The notes below the pieces were generated by a model. It was not told the DNA's origin. It saw only the letters and a program-made list of their open reading frames with translations, and ran no database searches. Shown piece after piece: positions 28,969 through 39,257 of a stretch of DNA of 57,455 nucleotides. The stretch lies in contig NZ_MWQY01000023.1 in NCBI RefSeq assembly GCF_002087085.1, positions 1 through 57,455 of the forward strand, in the 5' to 3' direction. A program made the position numbers and the translations under genes. How positions within the stretch are numbered: position 1 is the first letter of the stretch; each line of letters starts with the position of its first letter.

Positions 28969-29506
28969 AACGGCGTTCCGCTTCAATGGTGCTCGGAGGT
29001 CCGTGGCCGGGATAGACTGTTCCCTTCGGAAAGGTAAGAAGCTTCTGCTGTATCCCCTGAATCAGGAGCGCCCGGGCATAACGGTTGGGAGTGGATCCGA
29101 TTCCTCCGGCGGAAAGAACATCCCCGGTAAAAAAGCAGGACCCGATGCGGTAGACCATGGAGTCGCTGGAGTGTCCGGAGATCTGCAGGCTCTCGATTGT
29201 TATTCCCCCCAGATCCAGGGTGTCTCCATCTTTCAGCAGCGTGGAATCCCGTTCCAGAAGGTTGGGTGAGCCCCCGAATACCTCGGCGGGGTATATTTTC
29301 AGCAGGGTACGTCCCCCGCGTATATGCGACTCGTGGTTGTGGGTAACCAGTATGTAGCGAACGGTGTAGGAGTTCTTCTCTATGAGCCGCAGAAGAGGAA
29401 CATCCATGATTCCCGGGTCGATCATGATTGCGTCTCCCCCTTCAGCGGGTCCCACCAGGTAGGAGTTGGAGAAACTTACAAAGGAGAAGTGGGTGAAAAT
29501 TTTCAT
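28937..29506 (-). CDS. MBL-fold metallohydrolase (glyoxalase II-like)
   Basis: IDPG, THNHESH, GHS, FTGD, YPGHGP. Confidence 0.88.
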   Translation of the reverse strand: MKIFTHFSFVSFSNSYLVGPAEGGDAIMIDPGIMDVPLLRLIEKNSYTVRYILVTHNHESHIRGGRTLLKIYPAEVFGGSPNLLERDSTLLKDGDTLDLGGITIESLQISGHSSDSMVYRIGSCFFTGDVLSAGGIGSTPNRYARALLIQGIQQKLLTFPKGTVYPGHGPPSTIEAERRFNPFLQKDPG

Positions 29507-30105
29507 TCTTCGTTCTGAACAGCGGCAAATACCGCTTCCTCATAGTTGGAATATTTGAAGTTGACCTTATCCCGGGTGGTGTTCAGGTAGTTGACCTTTT
29601 TCAGGTTGCAGTCGATAAAACGGACTTCCTCAAGGTTTGAGGAGACAAAACTCGAATAGTACAGATCCGAATCGCTGAAATTCACCCTGACTCCGTGCAC
29701 CCCGTTGAAGTTGGAATGGAGAATGTCCGAACCCTGAAAATCGCAGTCTCTGAATTCGGCACCGCAGAAGATGCTGTAGCGGATTTCACAGCCGGAAAAA
29801 CGGCAGTTTTCAAAACGGGCATTGGAGAAGAAGCATCCCTGAATCATGCTTTTTTCAAGGCTGCAGTCCTGAAAAACTGTCTCATCAAAAACGCAGTCTC
29901 TGAATTGGTGTCCCTCGAGGTTCATGCCGCTGAAGGTGATTCCCGCCAGGCAGATGTTACTGTGATCTTCCACGCCTGAAAGATAGTCCCGTACTGTTCC
30001 CATATATTCCTGAGTATCCGGAAGATGCTCCGCACAGTAGTTCGAGAAACTCAAGGCGGCATTGCTGCAGTCGGAAAAGGCGCACATGGCCTTATTCGTA
30101 TCCAT
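29503..30105 (-). CDS. Pentapeptide repeat protein
   Basis: 5-residue periodicity (ARFEN/CRFSG, AEFRD/CDFQG, VNFSD/SDLYY). Confidence 0.88.
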   Translation of the reverse strand: MDTNKAMCAFSDCSNAALSFSNYCAEHLPDTQEYMGTVRDYLSGVEDHSNICLAGITFSGMNLEGHQFRDCVFDETVFQDCSLEKSMIQGCFFSNARFENCRFSGCEIRYSIFCGAEFRDCDFQGSDILHSNFNGVHGVRVNFSDSDLYYSSFVSSNLEEVRFIDCNLKKVNYLNTTRDKVNFKYSNYEEAVFAAVQNEE

Positions 30106-30260
30106 ATATATAGCTTAGAAAAAAGAGTTCTTCTGTACAAGATAAATTCATGAAATAAGCCCGGCAACTTGATGCTATGTCCCAAATTCTATACTATTCG
30201 CCAAGCATATTTTTCTGACCCGTTGCGTGAAGGGAATAACAGAAGCTAAGGGTAGGTACT

Positions 30261-30512
30261 ATGGGTATTCGCGGGGAAGTATTTTCATCAAAAACGTCGG
30301 TAGGCAAACGGACCTATTTTTTCAACGTAAAGGAAAACAGGCACGGCGACCTCTTTTTAAACATTGTAGAGAGCAAGAAGCACGAAGGCACCGGATTTGA
30401 ACGCCACTCGGTTATCGTTTTCAACGAAGACCTGGAAAGCTTTGTGGAAGAGCTGCAGAAAGCCGTCGGGTTCATGCAGCAACACGGCGGCGGGGCCAAA
30501 TCGGAATCCTGA
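30261..30512 (+). CDS. PUR-family DNA/RNA-binding protein (BpuR/DUF3276-like)
   Basis: EVFS.K..GKRTYFFNVKENR.GD.FLNIVESK...FERHSVIVF.ED. Confidence 0.9.
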   Translation: MGIRGEVFSSKTSVGKRTYFFNVKENRHGDLFLNIVESKKHEGTGFERHSVIVFNEDLESFVEELQKAVGFMQQHGGGAKSES

Positions 30513-31061
30513 TTATCTGACGCGGAAACTCAGGCGCTGGATGGGGCTGGGCCCCAGACGAAGGCAGACCTCACGGTGTGCCCGTGTCGGGTAGCCCTTA
30601 TGCCGCTCATAGCCGTAATCAGGTTCGAACCAGGAGTAGCGTATCATCCAGCGGTCCCGCACAACCTTGGCGGCTATGGAGGCGGCCATGACCTCCGGTA
30701 CCAGGGCGTCGGCCTTGACCATGGCCCGGGCTGAAGTCGGAATGTCGGGAATATACAGACCATCCACGATAACTTCATCCGGCAGACAGCCCATGGCTCC
30801 GAAGGCCCTGGACATGGCCAGAAGGGATGCCTTGTGGATGTTTATCCGGTCGATCTCCTCCGGCCAGGACCAGCCGATACCAACCGGGACCTTCATGGCA
30901 AGCATGCGGGCAAAGGCCTTCTCCCGCGCCGAAGGACTCATCTTCTTTGAGTCCTTTAACAGATCCCTGGGGAAATCCCGGGGCAGCACAACTGCTGCGG
31001 CGCTTACCGGTCCGGCTATGGGCCCCCGGCCTGCCTCGTCTATTCCGCAGATTATCTTCAT
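30513..31061 (-). CDS. rnhB: Ribonuclease HII
   Basis: GIDEAGRGPIAGPV, DSKK, VDG, KAD, AASIAAKV.RD, HKGYPT. Confidence 0.96.
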   Translation of the reverse strand: MKIICGIDEAGRGPIAGPVSAAAVVLPRDFPRDLLKDSKKMSPSAREKAFARMLAMKVPVGIGWSWPEEIDRINIHKASLLAMSRAFGAMGCLPDEVIVDGLYIPDIPTSARAMVKADALVPEVMAASIAAKVVRDRWMIRYSWFEPDYGYERHKGYPTRAHREVCLRLGPSPIQRLSFRVR

Positions 31062-31221
31062 GCAGGGATACTAACCCCGGGGACAGACGGAATCAAGGGG
31101 CGGGAATAAATGCCGCGCCGTCAACTTGACGATTAAGATCAGCTAGTGTTAGATAGTAGCAGTAGGTTGAACAAGTGTTTCATAACCCGATTCCAACTTT
31201 GCGTAAACAGGAACGAAGTAA

Positions 31222-34071
31222 GTGTTCTTAAAAAATATTGAGATCTTCGGCTTTAAGTCTTTTGCTGACAGGGTAAAAATTGATTTTGCTCCCGGAATTT
31301 CCGCCCTTCTCGGACCCAACGGATGCGGAAAAAGCAACGTTGTGGATGCCATAAAGTGGGTACTGGGGGAACAGGCTTCCCGGAGCCTGCGGGCTGAACG
31401 AATGGAAGACGTTATCTTTAACGGCACCGAACAGCGCAAAGCTCTCAATGTGGCGGAGGTTACTCTTACCCTGAGTAACGACGAAGGGGTTCTTCCCATG
31501 GATATGCCGGAGATCGCCATCAAGCGCCGTCTCTACCGTTCGGGGGAAAGTGAATACTTTGTAAATAACACGCCCGTCAAGCTTCGGGAACTCCGGGAAC
31601 TTTTCTTTGATACCGGGGTAGGGAAATCGGCGTATTCGATCATGGAACAGGGAAAAATCGACCAGATTCTTTCCCATAAACCGGAGGAACGCCGATACAT
31701 ATTCGAAGAGGCCGCCGGGATTACCAAGTTCAAGGTCAAAGGGGCGGAGGCTGAACGGAAGCTGAGCCGTACCGAGGAAAACATGCGCCAGGTGGAGGGG
31801 ATTCTCGGCGAGGTAAAGCGTTCCTACGACTCCCTTAAAAAGCAGGCCGACAAGACCGAACAGTACCGCAGGTTTCGCGAGGACATCTTCGAACTGGAAC
31901 TGAAAATTCAGCTCCTCAGGCTCAAAGGCTTTCTCGATGATGAGCTTTCCAAGGAAAAGCAGCTCAAGGAGAAGAGCGGTCTCAGAGATTCCATCAAGTC
32001 CGAGATAGACACCATAAACGAGTCCCTGGAAGAGAACCTGGACCAGGTCAATACCATGGAGTCCTCCCTCATCGAGAACCAGAAGATGCTCTACGGTATC
32101 GACGTGGAGAAGGGGAACCTTCAGAACCAGCAGTCCATTATACAGGAACGCCGGGGTGAACTTCATCGCCATCTGGAGTACTGTAAAAACCGCGAGGCCC
32201 AGCTTCAGGAGCAGAAAGCGGAGTTCGAGGCTTCCCTTAAGGATAAACGGGAAGTGCTGGAGGACCTCAAGGGACGGCATGCCTCCATCGACAGGAATAT
32301 TCTCGAGTTCGATGAACGGATTAACAGCTCCCAGAATACGATACGAAGAAATGAATCCGAGATTACACGGCTTGAAGGTCAGATTGCTGCCAACGAGGCA
32401 TCCGTCAACGATCTGCAGGACCAGCTGCGGGCCATCACCGACGATATCGTGGGTCAGCTGGACCGCAAGCTCGAAGAGAGCGCTTACTCCCACGGTGAGA
32501 GAATGCGGATTGAATCCGCCGTCCGGGACAGGATCGACCGGATCCGCATTCACGTCAAGGGCAAGCTCGATCTTGTCGGTGATCTCGGATCCCTCTCGGA
32601 AATCGGGGAACGTGAGCGTACCGAACTTGTCAGCTCCATTCGCGGGGGACTGAATGAGGCCCTTGCAGGTATAGATGCACTCCAGGATGAGTTCAAACGG
32701 TACACCGAGACCATCCCGGCCTTTCTGGACGATTTTCTTGCTCCCGAAGGGACGATGACCAGAAAACGGAATATCGACGAGCAGATAGAATCCACAAGGA
32801 ACAGTATCGCCGCCGACAAGGAGCAGATCGGCCGTCTGCAGCAGGAAAACCGCAGTCTCTTCAGTAAAATAGAGGAGTACCGGGGAACCCTTCAGGACCT
32901 TAAAATCTCGAAAGCCAAGGTCTCCGCCCAGATTACAGCCGCCGAAGATGCCCTTGCCCTGACGGAAAAGGAGATCCGTACAACCCTGGCCTCCATGGAG
33001 GAAAACCAGGGCGATATGGAAGAAACGGGCATAAAACTGGCCTCCACGGAAAAAAGGATAAACGAGCTCAAGGAGCGTCATTCAGCCATTCTGGATGAGG
33101 AGAAGAAGCTTCGTAAAAGCCTGGATGAACTTGAAAAGGGAATCAGTCTGCGAAACAGGGATGCCCTTCAGAAAGAGAAGAGCCTGAAGGACAAGATGTC
33201 CCAGCTCGCCCAGACCCAGAGTCAGGTAGAGAAAATCCAGGTGGACCTGTCCGCCGTCAAAACGGAGATCCGCAACCTTTTTGAGAATTTCCGGGAAAAG
33301 CACTCCCGCGAACTTACCGAGTTTGAAGACCGCATGTACGAGATCCGGGAGGATGCAAAACTCCTTCGGGAGAAGCTCGGTTCCGCCCGGGAACAGCTTC
33401 GTGGACTCGGTCATGTCAATCTTATGGCCCCCGAGGAGTTTGCGGAGGTCAAGGAACGCTATGATTTCCTCGAAAATCAGCTTCAGGATCTCAGAAAGGC
33501 CCGGGAAGACCTGAATGCCATTACTAAACAGATCCGCACCGAGTCACGGGAGCTTTTTCTGTCAACCTACGAGAAAATCAAGAAGAATTTTCACGTAACC
33601 TTCCGCAGACTTTTCGGCGGGGGCAGGGGAGAGCTCAAGCTGACCGAACCGGACCAGGTCCTGACCTCGGGTATCGAAATTTTTGCCCAGCCTCCGGGCA
33701 AGCGCCTGGAGAATATTACCCTCCTGTCCGGAGGCGAGCGCTCACTGACTGCGGTGGCCCTCCTTTTTGCAACCTACATGGTCCGTCCGTCACCCTTCTG
33801 TATCCTTGACGAGATCGACGCCGCCCTGGACGAAAACAACGTAGGGCGCTTTGTGACAATGCTGATGGAGTTCGCCAACTCATCCCAGTTCATTGTCATT
33901 ACTCACAATAAAAAGACTGTTGCAGGGGCCCAGACCCTTCTTGGGATTACCATGGAGGAGTCGGGTATCTCCAAGATTATCGCCATCAGGGTTGATAAGG
34001 GGGGCAGTCTTGATCCTGTTCCAGAAGAGGTGATCGAGGAACTCGATCTGGACCTGGAGGAAGAGGAGTAG
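31222..34071 (+). CDS. smc: Short SMC-family chromosome segregation ATPase (P115-like)
   Basis: GFKSF, GPNGCGKSN, QGKI, long coiled coil, LSGGE, LDEIDAALD, ITHNK. Confidence 0.92.
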   Translation: MFLKNIEIFGFKSFADRVKIDFAPGISALLGPNGCGKSNVVDAIKWVLGEQASRSLRAERMEDVIFNGTEQRKALNVAEVTLTLSNDEGVLPMDMPEIAIKRRLYRSGESEYFVNNTPVKLRELRELFFDTGVGKSAYSIMEQGKIDQILSHKPEERRYIFEEAAGITKFKVKGAEAERKLSRTEENMRQVEGILGEVKRSYDSLKKQADKTEQYRRFREDIFELELKIQLLRLKGFLDDELSKEKQLKEKSGLRDSIKSEIDTINESLEENLDQVNTMESSLIENQKMLYGIDVEKGNLQNQQSIIQERRGELHRHLEYCKNREAQLQEQKAEFEASLKDKREVLEDLKGRHASIDRNILEFDERINSSQNTIRRNESEITRLEGQIAANEASVNDLQDQLRAITDDIVGQLDRKLEESAYSHGERMRIESAVRDRIDRIRIHVKGKLDLVGDLGSLSEIGERERTELVSSIRGGLNEALAGIDALQDEFKRYTETIPAFLDDFLAPEGTMTRKRNIDEQIESTRNSIAADKEQIGRLQQENRSLFSKIEEYRGTLQDLKISKAKVSAQITAAEDALALTEKEIRTTLASMEENQGDMEETGIKLASTEKRINELKERHSAILDEEKKLRKSLDELEKGISLRNRDALQKEKSLKDKMSQLAQTQSQVEKIQVDLSAVKTEIRNLFENFREKHSRELTEFEDRMYEIREDAKLLREKLGSAREQLRGLGHVNLMAPEEFAEVKERYDFLENQLQDLRKAREDLNAITKQIRTESRELFLSTYEKIKKNFHVTFRRLFGGGRGELKLTEPDQVLTSGIEIFAQPPGKRLENITLLSGGERSLTAVALLFATYMVRPSPFCILDEIDAALDENNVGRFVTMLMEFANSSQFIVITHNKKTVAGAQTLLGITMEESGISKIIAIRVDKGGSLDPVPEEVIEELDLDLEEEE

Positions 34072-34080
34072 GCAGGCCGT

Positions 34081-34443
34081 ATGCCCAGAGATGCCGGGAG
34101 GAACAGAGGATTATCCCCAGGAATGCGTGTTTATATCCTGGCGGTCATTGCCGTCGCTTTTTTCTCCGTCATCGGCCTGGTTCTGTTCTACTCCCCCGAA
34201 AAACAGAACAGCGAAAATGCCGCTGTCGTTGATGCCGACGCCGGCGTCTACTCACGGCTGATTCTCCCGGAGGAAAAACGCGGTCTTATAGCCAATGATC
34301 ATCTTCCCTTACGATCCCGACGCCTGGAATGGACCCGTGAACAGGTCGATCGTTTCTGGATTCCCCCCGGCTCCATTGTTCTTGAAATTATGAAGGATGA
34401 GAACGACGCCATATTGGAGGAGATCTTTGAATCTGTACCGTAA
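34081..34443 (+). CDS. Membrane-anchored hypothetical protein
   Basis: One TM segment; WT.EQVDRFW motif; follows smc by 9 bp. Confidence 0.7.
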   Translation: MPRDAGRNRGLSPGMRVYILAVIAVAFFSVIGLVLFYSPEKQNSENAAVVDADAGVYSRLILPEEKRGLIANDHLPLRSRRLEWTREQVDRFWIPPGSIVLEIMKDENDAILEEIFESVP

Positions 34444-35632
34444 GGACTGCCTTACGCTTATAGTCTCTTCCCTTGTTTTTTTTACCCCGCTTTATGCATC
34501 TCCTCCGCCTCTTCCGCAGCCGCGCTTCGATTTATACCTTCTTCCCCCCGCACCGCCGGAAAAGATTGTCGAGTACCCTGTCATTACCCCTTCTTCGAAA
34601 GACGCTTCGGTAAAAAAAGAGCCGGAAGCAGTTTCAGAAAAATCTCTTCCCCGGGAGTCCGGCACTGCGACGACCGTCGAAAGGGCCCCAGCGCCTGAAC
34701 TGCCCCGGGAAACGGAAGCTCAAAGGAGACCCTCCGGCGGTGCGGAAAAAACCTCCGGGAGCGGGGAGCAGGCGGTAGGACGGGCTGAGCGCATGGAGAA
34801 TATCGCTCCCGAAGTGTACGCCCGCCTTAACGAGGGATTCAGTCTGGCTATTGAGGGCGGTTCCTGGCTCTTCATCGATGCCTATCCCTCAGGCGGAATC
34901 GCCTACGACGGCAGGGTGCGGGAGGATCGGTACATGCGTTTCAGCTTTCGGGCACAGAAAGAGGGAAAGTATATCCTGCAGTTTGTTCAGGGAAGTTCCG
35001 GAGGAGATGGCGGGAGCACCCACAGGGTCGTGGTGGAGGTCCTTTCAGGGGAAGAGTTCATGGCCAGGGTAACCGGTGAATCCGAAAGACGGGAGTCCGG
35101 CGCAGAGGACAGCCTTCAGGCGGAGGGAGAAATGGATCCCGGGCTTTCAGAGGATGAGCGTTACGGGGCTGCCCTGGAGCGTATGCGGAAGGGTGAATGG
35201 CAGAATGCCTTCGGGGTTCTTACCAGCTCTCCCGATTTTGATCCGTCAAAGCCCTCCCGGTTTACCGCCGCTGCCTTTGCCTCCGCTCTTTTTATGGATG
35301 ATTACATGCTTGCCCTGGATTACGCGAATTTTCCTGCTTCCCTGCAGAAGGATTTTTCCGGAAGTATCCTGCACCTGAGCACAGAACTGCCTGTGGAACT
35401 CAGGCGACGGCTTCTGACCGCCTCCCTCGATCTTCTTCAGGGTCATCATGGCATGGACGAACTGGTGTTTGCCCTGGCCGGGGACTATGAGGAGCCCGGT
35501 CCCGCCCGTGACATTTCGGAAGCTGTCCGCTGGTATCGCTATCTCCTCTCCGAATATCCCCTGAGTGCCTACTGGCAGAGAGCCCGGGAGCGGGCCACCT
35601 ACCTTGAACGGCATTTTCTTCTGGTACGGTAA
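34427..35632 (+). CDS. Exported protein with Pro-rich linker and C-terminal TPR-like repeat
   Basis: SD GGAGGA before TTG 34427; signal-like segment; A...Y..L..EYPLS.YW..A motif. Confidence 0.7.
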   Translation: MNLYRKDCLTLIVSSLVFFTPLYASPPPLPQPRFDLYLLPPAPPEKIVEYPVITPSSKDASVKKEPEAVSEKSLPRESGTATTVERAPAPELPRETEAQRRPSGGAEKTSGSGEQAVGRAERMENIAPEVYARLNEGFSLAIEGGSWLFIDAYPSGGIAYDGRVREDRYMRFSFRAQKEGKYILQFVQGSSGGDGGSTHRVVVEVLSGEEFMARVTGESERRESGAEDSLQAEGEMDPGLSEDERYGAALERMRKGEWQNAFGVLTSSPDFDPSKPSRFTAAAFASALFMDDYMLALDYANFPASLQKDFSGSILHLSTELPVELRRRLLTASLDLLQGHHGMDELVFALAGDYEEPGPARDISEAVRWYRYLLSEYPLSAYWQRARERATYLERHFLLVR

Positions 35633-35662
35633 GTTGCGTTCGCCTGCGGCCCGGGTATCCCA

Positions 35663-35692
35663 TTGACAGGGGCGGGGTTTATCGGCTATAAC
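35663..35692 (+). promoter_or_regulatory. Sigma70 promoter of the ffh operon
   Basis: TTGACA-N18-TATAAC. Confidence 0.6.
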
Positions 35693-35731
35693 TGACCCTA
35701 AACTTTATGCTTTGGGGTAACAGCACAGGCT

Positions 35732-37069
35732 ATGTTTGACAAACTGACACGGACCTTTTCCGATGTCCTCCGACAGGTTTCCGGCAAAAGCAGCATATCC
35801 GAGAAAAACATCCAGGACGCAGTAGAGGAGATCAAGATCGCTCTGCTCGAGGCGGATGTAAATCTGCGGGTTGTCCGTCGTTTTGTCAATCATACCATCG
35901 AGGAGGCCCGGGGCGAAAAGGTATTGCGCTCGGTAAATCCCGGACAGCAGTTTATCAAGATCGTTCATGACCGGATGGTCAATCTGCTGGGATCGGAAAC
36001 CGAGGGGCTGCAGCTGAAAGGTCCGGACACCTTGAGTCCCATTCTGTTCATGGGGCTTCAGGGGTCGGGAAAAACCACTACCTGTGCCAAGCTTGCCTTA
36101 CGACTGAAAAAAGAGGGGCGTAAACCTCTCCTGGTTGCCGCCGACCTTGTACGGCCCGCTGCCGTCAAGCAGCTTCAGCTTCTGGGAGAACAGACAGGGG
36201 TCCCGGTTTTTGCTGTCGAGGGGGAGAAAAAACCGGTAAAGGTCGTCAAACAGGCCCTGAGCTTCGCGAAGAAGAACAGCTTCAATACGATGATCGTCGA
36301 CACTTCCGGACGTATGCATCTGGACGACGATCTTATGAAGGAGATTCAGGAGATCAACTCCGTATTGAAGCCCGTTGAAGGTCTGCTGGTTGCGGACGCA
36401 ATGACGGGGCAGCAGGCGGTGGAGATCGCCAAAGAGTTTAACGAGCGGGTAGGTATTACCGGAGTCATCCTTTCCAAGTTTGATTCCGATACCCGGGGCG
36501 GTGCCGCCCTCTCCCTGAAGAGCGTTACTAAAAAGCCGATAAAGTATGTCGGTGTGGGTGAAAAGATCGATGAGCTGGAGCAGTTTCATCCTGACCGGAT
36601 GGCCTCGCGCATCCTTGGAATGGGTGATGTTGTCTCCCTGGTCGAGAAAGCCCAGGAGACGATCCAGGAGGAAGAGGCCGAGGAGCTCCAAAAGAAGCTG
36701 CAAAGCTCCACTTTTACCCTGCAGGATTACCTGGAACAGTTTACAAGAATAAAAAAAATGGGTAGTCTGCAATCTCTTGTCGAGATGATTCCGGGAATGA
36801 AGGGAAATATCGACGAGGATGCTTTGAACAGCAAGGAGATGAAGAAGGAAGAGGCGATAATACTGTCCATGACTCTTCAGGAACGTCATAATCACCGCAT
36901 TATCGGTCCTTCCCGGCGAAAAAGGATTGCCTCGGGAAGCGGTACGTCGGTTTTTGACGTTAATCGTCTTTTGAAGAAGTTTGATAAAATGCGTCTGATG
37001 ATGAAGAAAATGACAAAGAACAAGAAGCTTCAGGCTCAGATGCTTTCACAGTTCAATGGTAATATATAG
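35732..37069 (+). CDS. ffh: Signal recognition particle protein
   Basis: LLEADV, GLQGSGKTT, DTSGR, D.RGG, PDRMASRILGMGD and M domain. Confidence 0.98.
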   Translation: MFDKLTRTFSDVLRQVSGKSSISEKNIQDAVEEIKIALLEADVNLRVVRRFVNHTIEEARGEKVLRSVNPGQQFIKIVHDRMVNLLGSETEGLQLKGPDTLSPILFMGLQGSGKTTTCAKLALRLKKEGRKPLLVAADLVRPAAVKQLQLLGEQTGVPVFAVEGEKKPVKVVKQALSFAKKNSFNTMIVDTSGRMHLDDDLMKEIQEINSVLKPVEGLLVADAMTGQQAVEIAKEFNERVGITGVILSKFDSDTRGGAALSLKSVTKKPIKYVGVGEKIDELEQFHPDRMASRILGMGDVVSLVEKAQETIQEEEAEELQKKLQSSTFTLQDYLEQFTRIKKMGSLQSLVEMIPGMKGNIDEDALNSKEMKKEEAIILSMTLQERHNHRIIGPSRRKRIASGSGTSVFDVNRLLKKFDKMRLMMKKMTKNKKLQAQMLSQFNGNI

Positions 37070-37101
37070 CTTAAGCGTTCGATTATAGACAGGAGGATCG
37101 A

Positions 37102-37353
37102 GTGAGCGTTAAGATCAGATTGAAAAGGTTCGGCACAAAGAAGAGGCCGTACTACCGGATTGTTGTAATGGATTCCCGCGCACCCCGGGACGGCCGCGCT
37201 ATCGAAGAGGTCGGACTGTATCACCCTATCGAAGTGGAAGAGAAACAGTTGAGCATCAAGGAAGAGCGTATCCGTGAGTGGATTTCCAAGGGGGCTCGTC
37301 CTACAGACACTGTTAAGCGGCTTCTGAATAAGCTGAACCTCTACATGAAATAA
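37102..37353 (+). CDS. rpsP: 30S ribosomal protein S16
   Basis: [26 protein letters not shown]. Confidence 0.98.
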   Translation: MSVKIRLKRFGTKKRPYYRIVVMDSRAPRDGRAIEEVGLYHPIEVEEKQLSIKEERIREWISKGARPTDTVKRLLNKLNLYMK

Positions 37354-37392
37354 GGGTCGCGGAACAACAGATAAACAAGCAAGGATTATTGC

Positions 37393-37626
37393 GTGGAAAA
37401 AGATCTCGTTGAGTATATTGCGAAATCTCTCGTGGACGACCCTGCTGAGGTCGTAGTCAATGTTATCGAAGGTGAGAAGTCCACTATTCTGGAACTGAGG
37501 GTCTCTCCCGACGATATCGGTAAAGTCATCGGTAAGCACGGTCGGATTGCCAAAGCTGTTCGAACGATACTGAGCGCTGCAGCGACGAAGACCGGCAAGA
37601 GGATCGTACTGGAAATTCTCGATTAA
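37393..37626 (+). CDS. khpA: KH-domain RNA-binding protein
   Basis: [23 protein letters not shown]; lies between rpsP and rimM. Confidence 0.93.
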   Translation: MEKDLVEYIAKSLVDDPAEVVVNVIEGEKSTILELRVSPDDIGKVIGKHGRIAKAVRTILSAAATKTGKRIVLEILD

Positions 37627-38129
37627 TGGAACGGATTACCGTCGCGCGGATCGGCAAAACCCATGGTGTAAAAGGCTACGTCAAGGTGAACAGCTTCTCC
37701 GGAAGCTACGATCATTTTGGCGACATCGAAGAGGGTACCCTGGTTTTCCGGCACGGTAAGGAGATCTCCGTTCGAATCGAGGAAGTCGTCCCTTTCGGCG
37801 ACCGGGTGCTGCTGAAGTTTGTCGGCTACGATTCTCCGGAAGCCGCCCGTACTTTAACGGGCGGGGAGCTCTGGGTCGATAAAAAGCATGCCGCCCCGCT
37901 GGGAAAGGACGAATACTATATCGCCGATCTCAAAGGCTGTTCGGTTTTTTTTGGAGATCGGGACTGCGGTTCGGTTATCGGTGTAGCCGAAACAGGTCAG
38001 GCCGACCTGTTGGAGATCAAAACCCCGGACCGGGGATTCCGTTATCTGCCCCTCAAGGACGAGTACGTCGGCGGGGTGGATACAAAGGCCGGGAGGATTG
38101 AACTGAAGGTCGACTGGATTCTGGAATGA
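37626..38129 (+). CDS. rimM: Ribosome maturation factor RimM
   Basis: IGKTHGVKG.VKV, EYYIADL.G, synteny. Confidence 0.95.
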   Translation: MERITVARIGKTHGVKGYVKVNSFSGSYDHFGDIEEGTLVFRHGKEISVRIEEVVPFGDRVLLKFVGYDSPEAARTLTGGELWVDKKHAAPLGKDEYYIADLKGCSVFFGDRDCGSVIGVAETGQADLLEIKTPDRGFRYLPLKDEYVGGVDTKAGRIELKVDWILE

Positions 38130-38881
38130 AGGTAAGTATCCTTACTCTTTTTCCGGAAATACTGGAGGGCTATTTTTCGTCCTCCATTATGGCGAAGGCT
38201 GTTGATCGGGGGCTTTTCTCTTACAGGCTGATCAACTTCCGGGAGTTCGCCTTCGACAGACACCGGACCTGTGATGATGCCCCCTACGGCGGCGGAGCCG
38301 GCATGGTTCTGAAGCCCGAACCGGTGGCAAAAGCCCTCGATTCGGTGGGGATCGCCGGAAAGCGGGTTATTTATCCCAGCCCCTCGGGACGATTGTTTCG
38401 CCAGTCCATGGCGGAAGAGTTCTCCCGGGAGGAAGAGCTGGTTATTATCTGCGGGCGTTACGAAGGCCTGGATCAGCGCATAATTGACCGTTATGTCGAT
38501 GATGAGGTCTGTGTCGGTGATTATGTGCTCTCTTCGGGAGAAGTGGCGGCCATGGTCATAACAGATGCGGTGTATCGTCTGCGGGAGGGGATAATAAGTG
38601 CCGAGTCCCTGGAGGAGGAGAGCTTCTCCGACGGACTGCTCGAGTATCCCCATTACACGCGCCCTGAAGTCTTTGAGGGCGAAAAGGTGCCGGAGATTCT
38701 GTTGTCCGGGCATCATGAAAAGATACGGGAATGGCGAATGCGGCAGCGTCTGGCAAAGACCCTGCGAAACCGTCCGGATCTGCTTGAGAACAGGAACCTC
38801 GATGACGGGGAAAAGAGACTGTTAGAGGAACTGCGAGAAAAACAGGAAATCAGGGAGGAGAGAACCCATGAATACCATTAA
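38126..38881 (+). CDS. trmD: tRNA (guanine-N1)-methyltransferase
   Basis: [37 protein letters not shown]. Confidence 0.98.
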   Translation: MKVSILTLFPEILEGYFSSSIMAKAVDRGLFSYRLINFREFAFDRHRTCDDAPYGGGAGMVLKPEPVAKALDSVGIAGKRVIYPSPSGRLFRQSMAEEFSREEELVIICGRYEGLDQRIIDRYVDDEVCVGDYVLSSGEVAAMVITDAVYRLREGIISAESLEEESFSDGLLEYPHYTRPEVFEGEKVPEILLSGHHEKIREWRMRQRLAKTLRNRPDLLENRNLDDGEKRLLEELREKQEIREERTHEYH

Positions 38882-39245
38882 TGCCATTGAAGCTGAACAG
38901 ATGAAGGAAAATATCGACGAGTTCCGCATTGGCGATACCGTTAAGGTCCACTTTAAGATTGTCGAAGGAACAACCGAGCGTGTTCAGATCTTCGAAGGTG
39001 TTGTAATTGCCAAAAACAACAGCGGAATCCGTAAAACCTTCACCGTCAGGAAGATTTCCTACGGCGTGGGTGTGGAGCGTGTATTCCCCCTTCACTCGCC
39101 ACGGGTAGAGAGGGTCGAGGTTGTACGCCGCGGCCGTGTTCGCCGTGCCAAGCTGTACTACCTGAGAAGCAGAGTGGGTAAGGCTGCCAAGGTTACCGAA
39201 CTTATCCGGCGGAAACAGCAGAAGTCCAAGGCCGAGCAGGCCTGA
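38868..39245 (+). CDS. rplS: 50S ribosomal protein L19
   Basis: [37 protein letters not shown]. Confidence 0.98.
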   Translation: MNTINAIEAEQMKENIDEFRIGDTVKVHFKIVEGTTERVQIFEGVVIAKNNSGIRKTFTVRKISYGVGVERVFPLHSPRVERVEVVRRGRVRRAKLYYLRSRVGKAAKVTELIRRKQQKSKAEQA

Positions 39246-39257
39246 TCCGCTGCCTTT

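Noticed and set aside
29503..30105. Qnr-type quinolone resistance call
   Set aside because: Pentapeptide repeats alone are not diagnostic, and the gene sits in core context.
31228..33081. 617-aa ORF antisense to smc
   Set aside because: Leu/Phe-rich mirror of Glu/Lys codons; a typical coiled-coil shadow.
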